The position numbers and the translations under genes were made by a program. A stretch of 64,000 nt of DNA, taken from Spirochaetota bacterium. Lineage in GTDB: Bacteria > Spirochaetota > UBA4802 > UBA5550. Below, in pieces: positions 8,711 through 19,822 of this stretch (position 1 is the first letter of the stretch; each line of letters begins with the position of its first letter). Below the pieces are notes generated by a model. The model was given only the letters and a program-made list of their open reading frames with translations. It ran no database searches and was not told where the DNA came from. Location of the stretch: NCBI GenBank assembly GCA_050298055.1, contig JBNKTL010000006.1:2851-66850 (forward strand). Direction: 5' to 3'.

Positions 8711-10972
8711 ATGAAAAAGAACTTTTCCCAAAAAATATCAAATTTTGAAATATCAACACAGCTCATCTTACCGGTAATGCTTGTCATCGTCCCCCTCTTT
8801 ATTGCTGGATATTTCGCTTTTACGATTTTTTTAAAAAACAATCTCATGGATGATATGAAAAAAATCCATGAAAGGCAAAAACGAACAATCCATGAGGATA
8901 TTAAGCGAATTGGCAAAAAAGCATTATCAATTTCATCCCTGTTATCAGGGACCAGAGACATTGAAACGGCATATAACAAAAGAGATGAATCTTCAGGTCG
9001 TAATGACCTTCGTACCCTGATAGCTCCCTTTTATAATTCATATAAAAAAAACATGAATGTTAAGAATGTTAATATACATTTTCATAAGCCCCCGGCCAGG
9101 AGCTTCTTACGGGTCTGGCGTAAAAAAGGGATGAAGGACGGCGGAGATGATATATCAAAATTCCGTAAAACCGTACTAAAGATTTCTCAGTCCCAAAAAC
9201 CCGTTATGGGGATCGAAGTCGGAAAAGGGGGAATCGCAATACGAGGAATAGCCCCACTCATTAGAAACGGCAGGTATTTCGGTTCAATTGAAACGCTTTT
9301 TGATATCTCTGAACTCTATTCTCTGCATGGGGAAAAAGATTCAATTTCTCTTTTCCTTAAGAAGGATATCGGAAAAATCATAAATGAAAAATCTCTTGTG
9401 GCAAAAATAAAACATATTGGCAATTTTTCTTTTATATCATCCAACCGTGGTGAAATTCCCGGTTTTTCCAGGGAGAGTGAATTTCACAAAATCCTTTCCG
9501 GCGATAGTGAATATGTTATTATCGATAATTATTTTATTTCATCAATTCCTCTCGTTGATTTTTCCCAGGTTGAAATTGGTAAAATTATTATTGGACATGA
9601 TATAGCAGACAACCTGGGCAGGTTGAATAAAGCAAACATCGTATCAGCTATTGTTTTTCTCATTGCTATCCTGCTGCTTTTTCTTATCATTTATTTCCCC
9701 TCAAGAAGAATACAGAAACAGGTTGATAAAGTGACCGGTTCATTGAAAAATGTTTCTTACGGTGACGGCGATCTTACCATGATAATCCATGGAATTAAAG
9801 TTAATTGCAGTAAAATAATGGGTTGCGGAAAAGAAGACTGCGAATATTTCGAAAAAGAAACAGGTGATTGCTTCAATACCATGGGTTCAAAGGCCCCTTA
9901 TTTCGGAAAAGAGATTAAATGCCCGTCAATTTTAAGCGGTAAATTCACCGACTGTGAGGAGTGCAGGGTCATGCAGATGATTGCTCCAAATAACCTGGCA
10001 AAAATGACCATGTATTTTGATTCTTTTGTCCTGAAAATTAAATGTGTTATTTCGGAAGTATCTGTCATCGCATCTCACCTGGCCCACGCGTCCCGTGAAA
10101 TTTCACATTCCACCCATCTGCTGGCTGAACACGCGCAAAACCAGGCCGCTTCCGCGGAAGAGATTTCCGCGACAATCGAACAGATGTCAGCAGGGATGGA
10201 AACGGTAGCGGACAAAACCGTAACACAATTCGGCAGTTTGACTTCAATGCTTGATAAGCTGAAAGACCTGTCCGAGACAATTGTCCGGATGAGCGAACTC
10301 GTTGTAAAATCAGAATCGGGGACCCGGAAAATCAACACCGATGCCCAGAACGGAGAAAAGGCACTTGAGGAGATGTCAATCTCAATGCGGAATGTCAGCC
10401 AGAGTTCGGAGCAGGTGAACAGCATTATCTCAATGATTAATGACATATCGGACCAGATCAACCTGCTCTCTCTTAATGCCGCCATTGAGTCCGCCCGGGC
10501 AGGTGAGGCAGGGAGAGGTTTCGCTGTCGTTGCCGATGAAATTTCCAAACTGGCGGACCAGACAGCCCGGAGTATCGGTGAAATCGATTCTCTCATCAGG
10601 CAGAACACCAGTGAGATTGAAACCGGTATGGGGAAAATTAAAAACACAACCACTATTATTCAAACAATCATGGAAGGGGTATTGTTCATAAATAATACAA
10701 TAAAAACCTTTTCAAACTACGCGGAGCAGCAAACCCAGACCAACTCTCTGGTGAACCAGGATGTTGACCTTGTAAAAAACCTGTCGGAAGATATAAGAAT
10801 GGCAACTGATGAGCAGAAAAATGCCGCCGGCGAAATTGCCATTTCAGTGGGTAAAATAAATGAACTGACGCAGGTAAACGCCTCATCAACCGAAGAAATG
10901 TCATCCACAACCAGGGAAATCGCAGCAATGGCCGAAGAGCTTAAAAGAGCAATGAGCTTTTTCAAAGTATAG
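8711..10972 (+). CDS. Methyl-accepting chemotaxis protein (Cache-type sensor, HAMP with Cys-rich insert)
   Basis: Two TM segments, SFLRVW...GDDIS.FR.TV Cache-like region, signalling hairpin [29 protein letters not shown]. Confidence 0.95.
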   Translation: MKKNFSQKISNFEISTQLILPVMLVIVPLFIAGYFAFTIFLKNNLMDDMKKIHERQKRTIHEDIKRIGKKALSISSLLSGTRDIETAYNKRDESSGRNDLRTLIAPFYNSYKKNMNVKNVNIHFHKPPARSFLRVWRKKGMKDGGDDISKFRKTVLKISQSQKPVMGIEVGKGGIAIRGIAPLIRNGRYFGSIETLFDISELYSLHGEKDSISLFLKKDIGKIINEKSLVAKIKHIGNFSFISSNRGEIPGFSRESEFHKILSGDSEYVIIDNYFISSIPLVDFSQVEIGKIIIGHDIADNLGRLNKANIVSAIVFLIAILLLFLIIYFPSRRIQKQVDKVTGSLKNVSYGDGDLTMIIHGIKVNCSKIMGCGKEDCEYFEKETGDCFNTMGSKAPYFGKEIKCPSILSGKFTDCEECRVMQMIAPNNLAKMTMYFDSFVLKIKCVISEVSVIASHLAHASREISHSTHLLAEHAQNQAASAEEISATIEQMSAGMETVADKTVTQFGSLTSMLDKLKDLSETIVRMSELVVKSESGTRKINTDAQNGEKALEEMSISMRNVSQSSEQVNSIISMINDISDQINLLSLNAAIESARAGEAGRGFAVVADEISKLADQTARSIGEIDSLIRQNTSEIETGMGKIKNTTTIIQTIMEGVLFINNTIKTFSNYAEQQTQTNSLVNQDVDLVKNLSEDIRMATDEQKNAAGEIAISVGKINELTQVNASSTEEMSSTTREIAAMAEELKRAMSFFKV

Positions 10973-13043
10973 CCAAAAGTTCTTCCCGGTGTGGGCCCCA
11001 GTCCCTGTTCAGGACAAGAGACTCAATAAAATCCTCTGTAAAGGTCAATCCGAAATCCCGGCCTGTTTCAATTCTTTTCGAAATCTCATAGAGGTCCAGG
11101 TTGATCTCCGGATTGAGGGGAAATTCGTAGAAAAGCCTCTGAAACAGACCCGCAAGGTTTTCCGATTCAGGCATAAGCGACATTGCCCTCTCCAGGAATT
11201 CACGCCATCTCCTGTCTTCAGGTTTAACTGCTTCCCCGGCCTGGCAATAGTCAGAGAAAAACTGTAAAAACTGCTCCATGGTCCCGTAGGAATGAAAGTG
11301 CTTAACAAAGCGACGCAGCATATAGTAGTCCACATCACCCTTATCATTGATCATAAAATATGGAGAAATGACCTCCCAGTATTCCGGTATATATTCATCG
11401 GGAATAGAAGCAAGGAGGTCAAGGGCCTCATCCTTTGCCCCCCGGTAAAGGTCTTCTTCAAGATACTCTTTAATTTCATCAAAGGTTTTCCGGCACACCG
11501 CGCTCCATTGTGCCCGTGAAATATCCCGGTCATTTTTATGAAGCCGGTAAATCTGCCACAGGGACTCCCAGCGGGCCCCCTTTTCAATATTTGAAAAATC
11601 ATCAATGGTGAAATGAAAAGACTTTTTCAACAAACCGAAATCTTCGGGACGGAAACTCCCCGTCTGGTAATAATCAATGAGGACCCTAATATGACTCAGA
11701 TGCTCTTCTTCAAGATCAAGGAGCTGCAGCAGGTTTTCCCTCTCTGATTGAAACGCCGCAGTGTGTAAAAAATAATGTCCGATAATGGCCCTGTTTATCA
11801 ATGTCATCCGGTTTAACTCCGTATCCGGATAAAAGTCAGCTGTCTCGGGCCGGGAAATCCGTACATTATAAATGGGAAATGATTCGGGGGCAACCCGTTT
11901 CGGTTCCGATAAGCGGCTGCCCGCGTAAAAATTCTGATAAGAGACTGTATTTACCTCCCACCGGGAAATCTCGTCCCATCCCCCGGGGAGCTCTATCCTC
12001 ATCTTCTCTCCCCCCAGAGACGCCATGGCGTCTTCAATAGGGTAAGTGTTGACCAGGTAGGAAACATTCCTCACATCGGCGATCAAAATCTCATCTCCGG
12101 GATACATCTCCCGGACAAGGAGGAAGATGGCGTAACAGTCTTCCTGCGTGATGGTCAGGCCGTTAATGGTAATGATGTAGGGTACCGGCCTGCCATCATC
12201 ACTCATGATCTCGGCAATAAAGAGATAGCCGCTGGGGCGCGCCCTTTCCGCGGCAGACCGTATGACCCAGAAGACCCGGGTATTTTTAAGGATTCCGAAA
12301 TAGGGGACCGAAACCATACTGCAGTCCCCTGCAAGAGCACCCCGCAGGGGCGTATAGAGTGGAGGGATCTCTTCGAGAACCAGCTCACGTTCCCTGACTT
12401 TTGTTTTTTCCCCTGAATAGAGAACAGTTGCGGGAATGACCTCCCGGGGAATAAACTGGTTGAACACATTTCTCACAAACCGGTGTATGGCCCCAAAACC
12501 CTTTTTATCGGAAAGAGCGGTAAAAATACCCGCAAGATGCCCCTGGAATGTATCGGTATACCGGGCCTGCAATTCCACAGGATCAAGGAAGAGCGCTTCA
12601 AGGGAGGAGCTTACCCCCAGGGCCTCCCCATAGGCATCGTAGATCAGGGGAGAAATTCGAATAAGTTTTTTTGCCAGTCCCTCGAAATCGTCAGATTCTT
12701 TGAGTTGTTCAAGGTCGTTTTCAATATTGGAAAAGCCGTCCTGGAAAAAAGACTTCAGGGGCAGATAGTTGTTCTCCAGTGTTTTCGCGAGGCGCTCCAG
12801 CTTCCCCCTGTCATACTCGCCGTTGTTCTGTTCAATATACTTCGCACCGATCTTTACGGTTTTTTCAGGCCTTAACTCCCGAAGATGGACGCTTATCTCC
12901 TCATCAATTGTAAAAAGATTGGAGATCAATTCAACAAAGTTCCTGTTGTAACCGGCGTTGTTAACAGGGAAATGAGGGAACCTCCCTATGAGGGGTATCA
13001 GATCGCTCAGAAGTTTTTCTGTTTCATCTCTTTTCATGGTCAA
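10962..13043 (-). CDS. Hypothetical protein (693 aa)
   Basis: Long open frame, convergent with the MCP (11-bp overlap); no family recognised. Confidence 0.75.
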   Translation of the reverse strand: MTMKRDETEKLLSDLIPLIGRFPHFPVNNAGYNRNFVELISNLFTIDEEISVHLRELRPEKTVKIGAKYIEQNNGEYDRGKLERLAKTLENNYLPLKSFFQDGFSNIENDLEQLKESDDFEGLAKKLIRISPLIYDAYGEALGVSSSLEALFLDPVELQARYTDTFQGHLAGIFTALSDKKGFGAIHRFVRNVFNQFIPREVIPATVLYSGEKTKVRERELVLEEIPPLYTPLRGALAGDCSMVSVPYFGILKNTRVFWVIRSAAERARPSGYLFIAEIMSDDGRPVPYIITINGLTITQEDCYAIFLLVREMYPGDEILIADVRNVSYLVNTYPIEDAMASLGGEKMRIELPGGWDEISRWEVNTVSYQNFYAGSRLSEPKRVAPESFPIYNVRISRPETADFYPDTELNRMTLINRAIIGHYFLHTAAFQSERENLLQLLDLEEEHLSHIRVLIDYYQTGSFRPEDFGLLKKSFHFTIDDFSNIEKGARWESLWQIYRLHKNDRDISRAQWSAVCRKTFDEIKEYLEEDLYRGAKDEALDLLASIPDEYIPEYWEVISPYFMINDKGDVDYYMLRRFVKHFHSYGTMEQFLQFFSDYCQAGEAVKPEDRRWREFLERAMSLMPESENLAGLFQRLFYEFPLNPEINLDLYEISKRIETGRDFGLTFTEDFIESLVLNRDWGPHREELLAIL

Positions 13044-13346
13044 TTATTTTGTACTATTTTCTCAACGATCTGTTTTTTTGTAAATGTTTTTCCGTTAACA
13101 GGCACTTACTCTGTACATACCTTAGTCCCACAGGACTTCCCGGCATTTTCTCAGGTATTAAAAAAGAGTAGTGTATGGCGGATATTTATGCTGCTTCCGG
13201 GTGGGGATATGGCAGTGGAAAGTGGATAGTTATCCTTAAAAAAGTAATGTGATTTTTAAATACTACAGACCATGGATAAAGACATCCCGGCACTCCTTCA
13301 TTATTTAAAAGAAGTTGTGCCGGGCCGGGAAAGCCATTATGAAAAA

Positions 13347-13811
13347 CTATTTTCTGTTAACCCACTGCCAGTTTTCGAAGTATTCCCAGTTTGCTATGGC
13401 ATTGATTTTTTTCAGTTCTTCGTCTTTTTCATGCAGGCACGCCTGTATGACATCACGGACCGACAGAAGACCGATGATCTTATTCTTTTTCTCAATAAGA
13501 AGATGACGGATATTCATTCCGAGAAATTTATCCTCAAGCTGGAATATTTCATCCGTATAATCCGCAGTCTTAAGGTTCCTTACCATGAAGTTTTTGATCT
13601 TTGCTGTCTTTGGATCAAAGTCCTCCGTTATTGCATTACGCATAAGGTCACGTTCTGTCCAGATACCCACGTAATCATCGCCCTTTTTGACCAGGACCGC
13701 TCCTATCTTGTTTTTGAGCATAATTTTCAGCGCGTCAACAATAGTTGTATCCGGTTCAACACTTATTATCTTCATCCCCTTTTGATTTAAAATTTCTTCA
13801 GCAGTACTCAT
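13347..13811 (-). CDS. CBS domain protein
   Basis: MSTAEEIL.. after a GAGGAGG RBS; IGAVLV, GIWTERDL, IRHLLI, GLLSVRDVI CBS pair. Confidence 0.9.
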   Translation of the reverse strand: MSTAEEILNQKGMKIISVEPDTTIVDALKIMLKNKIGAVLVKKGDDYVGIWTERDLMRNAITEDFDPKTAKIKNFMVRNLKTADYTDEIFQLEDKFLGMNIRHLLIEKKNKIIGLLSVRDVIQACLHEKDEELKKINAIANWEYFENWQWVNRK

Positions 13812-14160
13812 TTCGAACCTCCTCCTCAATGTAATGTTTTTTTGCCACGACCTGACCGTGAATATTAATATCATTCCCCTGGATTATGAATATTCATCAC
13901 CATTCGGCCAAGCAAGAGAGTTGTTTTTATTTTTAAATATTACACCCAATTAGATTAGTTGAACAATATAGAGATAATGAGTATAATTTGCAATCACTTT
14001 TAATAAATATGAACGTCCCCATATCCAAGCTGCTGACTTTTTTTAAAGAGTATCGGGTAAACTATTGACATAACTCCAGTTCACTGTATTTTGCTTATAT
14101 AAGGGAGTACCGGGAAAGCCGGTCATTAGACACTATTAATTCTGACATGAGGAGACAGCT

Positions 14161-14400
14161 ATGAAAAGTCTACTAAAAGATGTTGCGGTTCTGTTATTTG
14201 CCGCCGGTGATGAGATCGAATTAAAAGCCAAAGAATTTAAGGAAGAGCGGGAAAAAAGATATAAGGAATTCGAAGAAAAACTCAAAGAAAAAAAAGATGA
14301 TTTCATGTCACGGGCCGGATTCGCCTCCAAGGAGGATATCAGCACTTTGATGAATAAGATAGACGAATTAAACGCAAAACTCGATTCAATGAAAAAATAA
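14161..14400 (+). CDS. Phasin-like small coiled-coil protein
   Basis: GAGGAG RBS; C-terminal FASKEDISTLMNKIDEL motif typical of phasin-like proteins upstream of ABC1 kinases. Confidence 0.6.
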   Translation: MKSLLKDVAVLLFAAGDEIELKAKEFKEEREKRYKEFEEKLKEKKDDFMSRAGFASKEDISTLMNKIDELNAKLDSMKK

Positions 14401-14440
14401 TATCCTCCCGGGAACCGGTTTAAAAAACTTTCAGGTTGAA

Positions 14441-16126
14441 ATGATCTCCGTACGTAAAAGGTTTTATATTTTTGCGAGGATATTCCTCGGCATGATCCTC
14501 GATTTCAGAAAAGAGAGTATCCTTATCAAAAAGAAGGGATACCGGTACGCCCAGGACAAAATGCTGAAAAAGCATGAAAGAAGAGCGCGGCAATTATATC
14601 ATATGGCAATTAAACTGCAGGGCGCTCTCATAAAACTCTGCCAGCTGCTCAGCACACGGGTGGATGTACTCCCCGAACCATACATAAGAATATTAAAACC
14701 CCTGCAGGATGATGTCCCGCCGGTTGAATTTGAAAAAATATCCGAAGTTATCCGGAGTGAGTATACGGATTTTGGTCAAATCTTCCGTAAGATTGATGAA
14801 AACCCGGTTGCGTCCGCTTCCCTCGCACAGGTGCATAAGGCAGTACTGGTTACCGGCGAAACCGCTGTCATAAAAATATTAAAACCGGATATCGAAGATA
14901 TAATTGATACTGACTTTGCCATTATCCACTTTGTTTTTAAAATACTCTCACACCTGAAGTTCTTCAGGGAACAATTTCAATTAAAAACAATCTTTGAAGA
15001 TTTTGTACTCATTACCGGCGATGAATTGAATTTTGAAAGAGAAGCCTATATTGCCTCCCATTTTAGCAGACATTTCCGGAAATTCCCGGGTATCAAAATC
15101 CCAAAAATCTATCATGAATACACCACACGCAGAATAATCGTCATGGGATTTCTTCGGGGGGATAAAATATCCAATAAAGATGAATGGCTGAGAAGGAACA
15201 ACAATCCAACTGCTGTTATAAGAAAATTGATCGATTTTTATGTGGAACAGATCTTCTATACTGACTTTATCCATTTTGATCCTCACCCGGGAAACATTCT
15301 TGTGGCGGACAACAATGAAATTGCCGTGGTCGATTTCGGCATGTCCGGGATTACAACCGAAAGCATGAGAACCGGGCTATGGGAAGCCCTGGATTCACTT
15401 CTCAAGAAGGACGCCAAGGGACTAACCAAAGCCCTGGACAGACTGGGTTTCTTTCGAAAAGATTTCAATAAATACCTGTTTATTCCCGTTTTCGAACACT
15501 TCTTTGAAGATATTCATGATCTCTTCGATAATACAAACCTGGACAGAGAATCGATCCAGATGAGTATCAGAAGAATTGATTTTAAACCGGTACTTGATGA
15601 CCTGATAAAGGCAATGTATACAAACTCTCTTGTCCTGCCCACGAACTGGGTCTATATAGGAAAAACCCTCGGCACTCTTTTTGGAGTCATCGCTTCTCTC
15701 GATCCCGGGTTTAAAATTTTCAGCGAATTAAGGCCCCATGTAAAAAATTTTCTTAAAAACAATTATTCATATGTTTTTAAAGAACTTACTAAGACCTTAT
15801 CATCAAACTTAAATGCGCTTATCACACTGCCCGCGAAAATGGATGAATTTACAGACAAATTAGAAAGCGGGAAGATCGTGATCAAGGTTGATTACAGCGA
15901 GATCCATGATAAGATTGACACTTTTAAAGGATTTTTGATCAGGACAACCGGGTTTCTTGTCTTTCTCGTATCCGGATTTTTTTCCTACCTGGCCTGGAAA
16001 TTCAATTATGTTGATATTTGCATCCTGCTTTCGGTTATTTCATTCCTGGCGCTCAGTATCACCCTCTTTTTCAGAAAAAGGACTAAAGAAGAAGAAATAA
16101 AAAACAGGATTGAAAAATTGATCTAA
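14441..16126 (+). CDS. ABC1/AarF/UbiB family atypical kinase
   Basis: IKLCQLLSTR.D, LQDDVPP, ASASLAQVHKA, HFDPHPGNI, DFGM; C-terminal TM helices. Confidence 0.95.
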   Translation: MISVRKRFYIFARIFLGMILDFRKESILIKKKGYRYAQDKMLKKHERRARQLYHMAIKLQGALIKLCQLLSTRVDVLPEPYIRILKPLQDDVPPVEFEKISEVIRSEYTDFGQIFRKIDENPVASASLAQVHKAVLVTGETAVIKILKPDIEDIIDTDFAIIHFVFKILSHLKFFREQFQLKTIFEDFVLITGDELNFEREAYIASHFSRHFRKFPGIKIPKIYHEYTTRRIIVMGFLRGDKISNKDEWLRRNNNPTAVIRKLIDFYVEQIFYTDFIHFDPHPGNILVADNNEIAVVDFGMSGITTESMRTGLWEALDSLLKKDAKGLTKALDRLGFFRKDFNKYLFIPVFEHFFEDIHDLFDNTNLDRESIQMSIRRIDFKPVLDDLIKAMYTNSLVLPTNWVYIGKTLGTLFGVIASLDPGFKIFSELRPHVKNFLKNNYSYVFKELTKTLSSNLNALITLPAKMDEFTDKLESGKIVIKVDYSEIHDKIDTFKGFLIRTTGFLVFLVSGFFSYLAWKFNYVDICILLSVISFLALSITLFFRKRTKEEEIKNRIEKLI

Positions 16127-16508
16127 GGGGATCTCTCTCATTTTTATAATGTTTCCTTCCGGCTTTGTCATTTATTTCATGAAGGACGTAAATGACATTT
16201 TTGAATTATCCGCTTTCCTTTATCAAATTTTATCTATAACGAGATCGCTGGAAATGGCCGCTATGACAGCCTGAATTAATCCAATTAAATATAAATTTTC
16301 CATATTTATATTAATGAGATACCGCAACTACGCATCAACATAAAAATGAATAAAGAGGCCCTTTTTTGATAAAATTTTAATCAGAATTTGATCCGTGAAA
16401 GGATTGAATATATATTATATTCAGGGAAGACAATATAAAGAATAAAGGGTACGTATGGATTAAGGATGGATGGGTCCCCCACATGAAGTTTCGAAGGGAG
16501 GTGGCATT

Positions 16509-16694
16509 ATGCTGGTATCTACATATCTGCTTCTTTTTATTTCACTGATGTTTGGTCTCATATTTATCGGTGCTTTTATCTGGGGAGTAAAAACCGGCCA
16601 GTTCACGGATATTGAAGAGCCCAAGTACCAGATGATGAGAGATGACGACGATTATAGTATCAATAAAAATCAGAAAAATCAGGAAAATAAATAA
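16509..16694 (+). CDS. ccoS: cbb3-type cytochrome oxidase maturation protein CcoS-like
   Basis: GGAGG RBS; TM helix then FIWGVKTGQFTDIEEPKYQMMRDD. Confidence 0.75.
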   Translation: MLVSTYLLLFISLMFGLIFIGAFIWGVKTGQFTDIEEPKYQMMRDDDDYSINKNQKNQENK

Positions 16695-16727
16695 AAAAGG
16701 AGTGCTCCTCCCGGAACACCCCTTTTT
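16693..16727 (-). terminator. Intrinsic terminator of glnA (probably bidirectional)
   Basis: Minus strand GGGGTGTTCC-GGGA-GGAGCACTCC-TTTTTT; A/T tracts on both sides; lies between convergent ccoS and glnA. Confidence 0.8.
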
Positions 16728-16765
16728 CATCTAAAACTATGAATTTCTCGTCAGCTTACTGAACA

Positions 16766-18181
16766 TTATATATCATAGTAGAGAGCAAATTCCCATGGAT
16801 GGGGTCTCAGGTCAATAGCCTGAACCTCGTTCTCCATCTTATAGTCAATCCAGGTCTCGATAACATCCTCAGTGAAGACATCACCCTTAAGGAGGAACTC
16901 GTGGTCTTTTTCAAGGGCCATGAGGGACTCTCTCAATGAACCGGGAGTTGTGGGGACCTTTGCAAGCTCTTCCGGGGGAAGGTCATAGATGTCCTTGTCA
17001 AGGGGCTGACCCGGATCAATCTTGTTCTGGATCCCGTCAATTCCCGCCATGAGAAGGGCCGAGAATGCAAGGTAAGGATTACAGCTGGGATCGGGACACC
17101 TGAACTCAAGTCTCTTGGCCTTTTCAGACTGTGAGTACATGGGGATCCTCACCGCGGCGCTCCTGTTCCTGCTTGAATAGGCGAGGTTTACAGGGGCTTC
17201 AAATCCGGGTACAAGTCTCTTGTAGCTGTTTGTCGTGGGATTGGTAAACGCCAGAAGGGCGGGCGCATGCTTCAGAATACCGCCGATTGCCCAAAGTGCT
17301 TCCTGTGAAAGTCCCGCATACTTGTCCCCTGCGAAGAGGTTCTTATTGCCGTTCCAGATTGACATATGTGTGTGCATTCCGGTTCCGTTATCGTTAAAGA
17401 GAGGCTTGGGCATAAAGGTAACTGTCTTGCCGTGCTTTCTCGCAACGTTCTTGATAACATACTTGTACTTGAGCATTTTATCACCCATGTCAACAAGGGA
17501 TGAGAACCTCATATCGATCTCGGCCTGTCCCCCTGTGGCAACCTCATGGTGCTGGGCCTCGATCTCAATTCCCATCTCCTCAAGAGTAAGCATCATCTCA
17601 CTCCGGATGTCCTGCTGGCTGTCTGCGGGAGGTACAGGGAAATATCCCTCTTTATACCTGGGCTTATAGCCAAGATTGGGATTTTCGTCTTTTCCGGTGT
17701 TCCATCTTCCTTCAACGGAATCGATGTGATAGTATCCTTCATGCACATTCTGGTCGAACCTTATATCATCGAAGATAAAAAATTCAGCTTCAGGACCGAA
17801 AAATGCCGTGTCGCCAATACCTGTTCCCTTGAGAAAAGCTTCCGCCTTCTTGGCAATGTTTCTCGGGTCCTTTGGGTAGTCCTTCCCGGTGATAGGGTCT
17901 TCTATATTGCAGATAAGAACAAGAGTCTTGTGTTCTAAAAACGGATCGAGAAAACCGGTTTCCGGCACGGGCATAACCAGCATGTCTGACTCGTTGATGG
18001 CCTGCCATCCCCTGATACTTGATCCGTCAAAGCCCAAACCGGCTTCAAATATCCCTTCATCCAGTTCACGGGCAGGAATTGAAAAGTGCTGCCAGAGACC
18101 GGGAAAGTCCATGAACCTGAAATCGATGACCTTAACGTCTTCTTTTTTAATAAAATTAAGAACGTCACTTACATTTTTCAT
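16766..18181 (-). CDS. glnA: Glutamine synthetase type I (GSI-beta)
   Basis: [40 protein letters not shown], adenylylation loop [11 protein letters not shown]. Confidence 0.98.
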   Translation of the reverse strand: MKNVSDVLNFIKKEDVKVIDFRFMDFPGLWQHFSIPARELDEGIFEAGLGFDGSSIRGWQAINESDMLVMPVPETGFLDPFLEHKTLVLICNIEDPITGKDYPKDPRNIAKKAEAFLKGTGIGDTAFFGPEAEFFIFDDIRFDQNVHEGYYHIDSVEGRWNTGKDENPNLGYKPRYKEGYFPVPPADSQQDIRSEMMLTLEEMGIEIEAQHHEVATGGQAEIDMRFSSLVDMGDKMLKYKYVIKNVARKHGKTVTFMPKPLFNDNGTGMHTHMSIWNGNKNLFAGDKYAGLSQEALWAIGGILKHAPALLAFTNPTTNSYKRLVPGFEAPVNLAYSSRNRSAAVRIPMYSQSEKAKRLEFRCPDPSCNPYLAFSALLMAGIDGIQNKIDPGQPLDKDIYDLPPEELAKVPTTPGSLRESLMALEKDHEFLLKGDVFTEDVIETWIDYKMENEVQAIDLRPHPWEFALYYDI

Positions 18182-18218
18182 TTTATTCAGTCGCCTCCTA
18201 AGATTTAATAATCATTAT

Positions 18219-18321
18219 GTAACTACTCAGCTATGTACAAAAATTGACATGTTAATAAATTAAACATATTGCTGATATTTTATTAAAAATGCATATTTAA
18301 GCCATATAGCTGAGTAATGAC
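18219..18321. repeat. Hairpin-less, reverse-oriented copy of the ~140-bp element in the glnA leader
   Basis: Ends GTAACTACTCAGCTAT and ATAGCTGAGTAATGAC; reverse complement of 18265-18320 aligns with 7277-7332. Confidence 0.65.
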
Positions 18322-18491
18322 AGTATTAAAAATAATATCATTACTCAGTTATACACCCTCAATGAGCAAAGATTTTATAAAACTGAAAATGTGTCAATAG
18401 TATAAGATTAATAAAAACAGCAATAACAATTAATTAACATAAATGTAACATTTATGCAACAGAAAGGGAAAAGTGACATAATAACGGAAAA

Positions 18492-19814
18492 TTATCCCCG
18501 TAAACCGACACGGAAGTACTCCCTGTCATACCTGTTGATCATCTGAACAGTACTGTACTTCCCCGACTTCTTTGCTTCATCAAGAAGTCTTAATCCCTCC
18601 TCTCTGCAGGCCTTACAGGAATTGTATGGGATCTCAATCCCGAGACTTAGAGGATTATAATCAGAGGAGGTCTCTATGCTGAGAAGGCCCGTGCACTCCC
18701 CGCAGACCATAACAGACTCCAACTGGTTCTCCTGTATCCCCTCTGTGTCGTAGTAGATGCTCTTTCTCCTTCTCACAACTTCACCCTGTTCCGGAACATT
18801 GTTCTCTTCGGGGGGATTGAAGTACACTTCAAGCACCGCGTCCTTCAGTTTTTCCGTATATTCACCTATCTTTGAGTCCTGCCGTAACGCCTCGCTGTTA
18901 TAATCAGGCTCTCTCACGTGGGAAAAATCGAGCCCGGCCATTGCAAGGATAATACCGAGATTCACATAGGGAAGCGCTCCCTGTATTGAGTACCCTCCCT
19001 CCAGTACGGCAATGTCAGGATTGAGCCGCTGGTTGAGCAGGGCATACCCCCGGGCGGAGAAGTTCATGTTTGTGATGGGGTCGGTATAGTGATTGTCCTG
19101 TCCAGCGGAGTTTATGATCATATCCGGTTTAAAATCTTCGATTATCGGCATTACGATCTCATCGAGGGCATAGAGAAAACCTTCATCGGATGTGTGGGGC
19201 GGGAGGGGGATATTGACGGTCTTCCCCCGGGCATTGGTCCCGCCAAGTTCGGATACATGCCCCGACCCGGGATAGAGGGTCCTTCCGTCCTGGTGTATGG
19301 ATATGTAGAGGACATCAGGATCATGCCAGTAGATGTCCTGGGTCCCGTCCCCGTGGTGGCAGTCGGTATCCACAATGACGATCCTCTTTTTATCGGAATT
19401 CTCCCGTATATATTCCACCATGATGGCTTCATTGTTTATGTTGCAGAACCCCCTGTTCCCATGAACAACCTTCATGGCGTGGTGGCCGGGAGGCCTCACA
19501 AGGGCGAAGGCCCTCTCGGTCTCACCCTCAAGAATGAGCCTGGCTGCCCGGAGCGCCCCGCCGGCGGATATCATATGTGATTCCGTGGTCACACTCTTAA
19601 CATCAGGAAAACAGAAGTGGGTCCTGAGAACATCAAGCTCCCGTGCCAGGTCCGGTTTATATTCAACAATGCCGGGTATATCAAATATCCCCTCCTCCCG
19701 GAGCTGGTCCTGTGTATAGAGGAGCCTCTCCTCACGCTCAGGATGTGTTGGCGAAATGGCCCAGTCATATGCGGGGAAGAATATCAGCCCCATTTTTTTT
19801 TCCGCTTTAAGCAT
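18492..19814 (-). CDS. Histone deacetylase family protein with C-terminal Cys-rich extension
   Basis: HPE, RPPGHHA, GFC, DTDCHHGDGTQ, GQD, LEGGY; CGEC...CKAC at the C-terminus. Confidence 0.92.
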   Translation of the reverse strand: MLKAEKKMGLIFFPAYDWAISPTHPEREERLLYTQDQLREEGIFDIPGIVEYKPDLARELDVLRTHFCFPDVKSVTTESHMISAGGALRAARLILEGETERAFALVRPPGHHAMKVVHGNRGFCNINNEAIMVEYIRENSDKKRIVIVDTDCHHGDGTQDIYWHDPDVLYISIHQDGRTLYPGSGHVSELGGTNARGKTVNIPLPPHTSDEGFLYALDEIVMPIIEDFKPDMIINSAGQDNHYTDPITNMNFSARGYALLNQRLNPDIAVLEGGYSIQGALPYVNLGIILAMAGLDFSHVREPDYNSEALRQDSKIGEYTEKLKDAVLEVYFNPPEENNVPEQGEVVRRRKSIYYDTEGIQENQLESVMVCGECTGLLSIETSSDYNPLSLGIEIPYNSCKACREEGLRLLDEAKKSGKYSTVQMINRYDREYFRVGLRG

Positions 19815-19822
19815 AGTTCATC

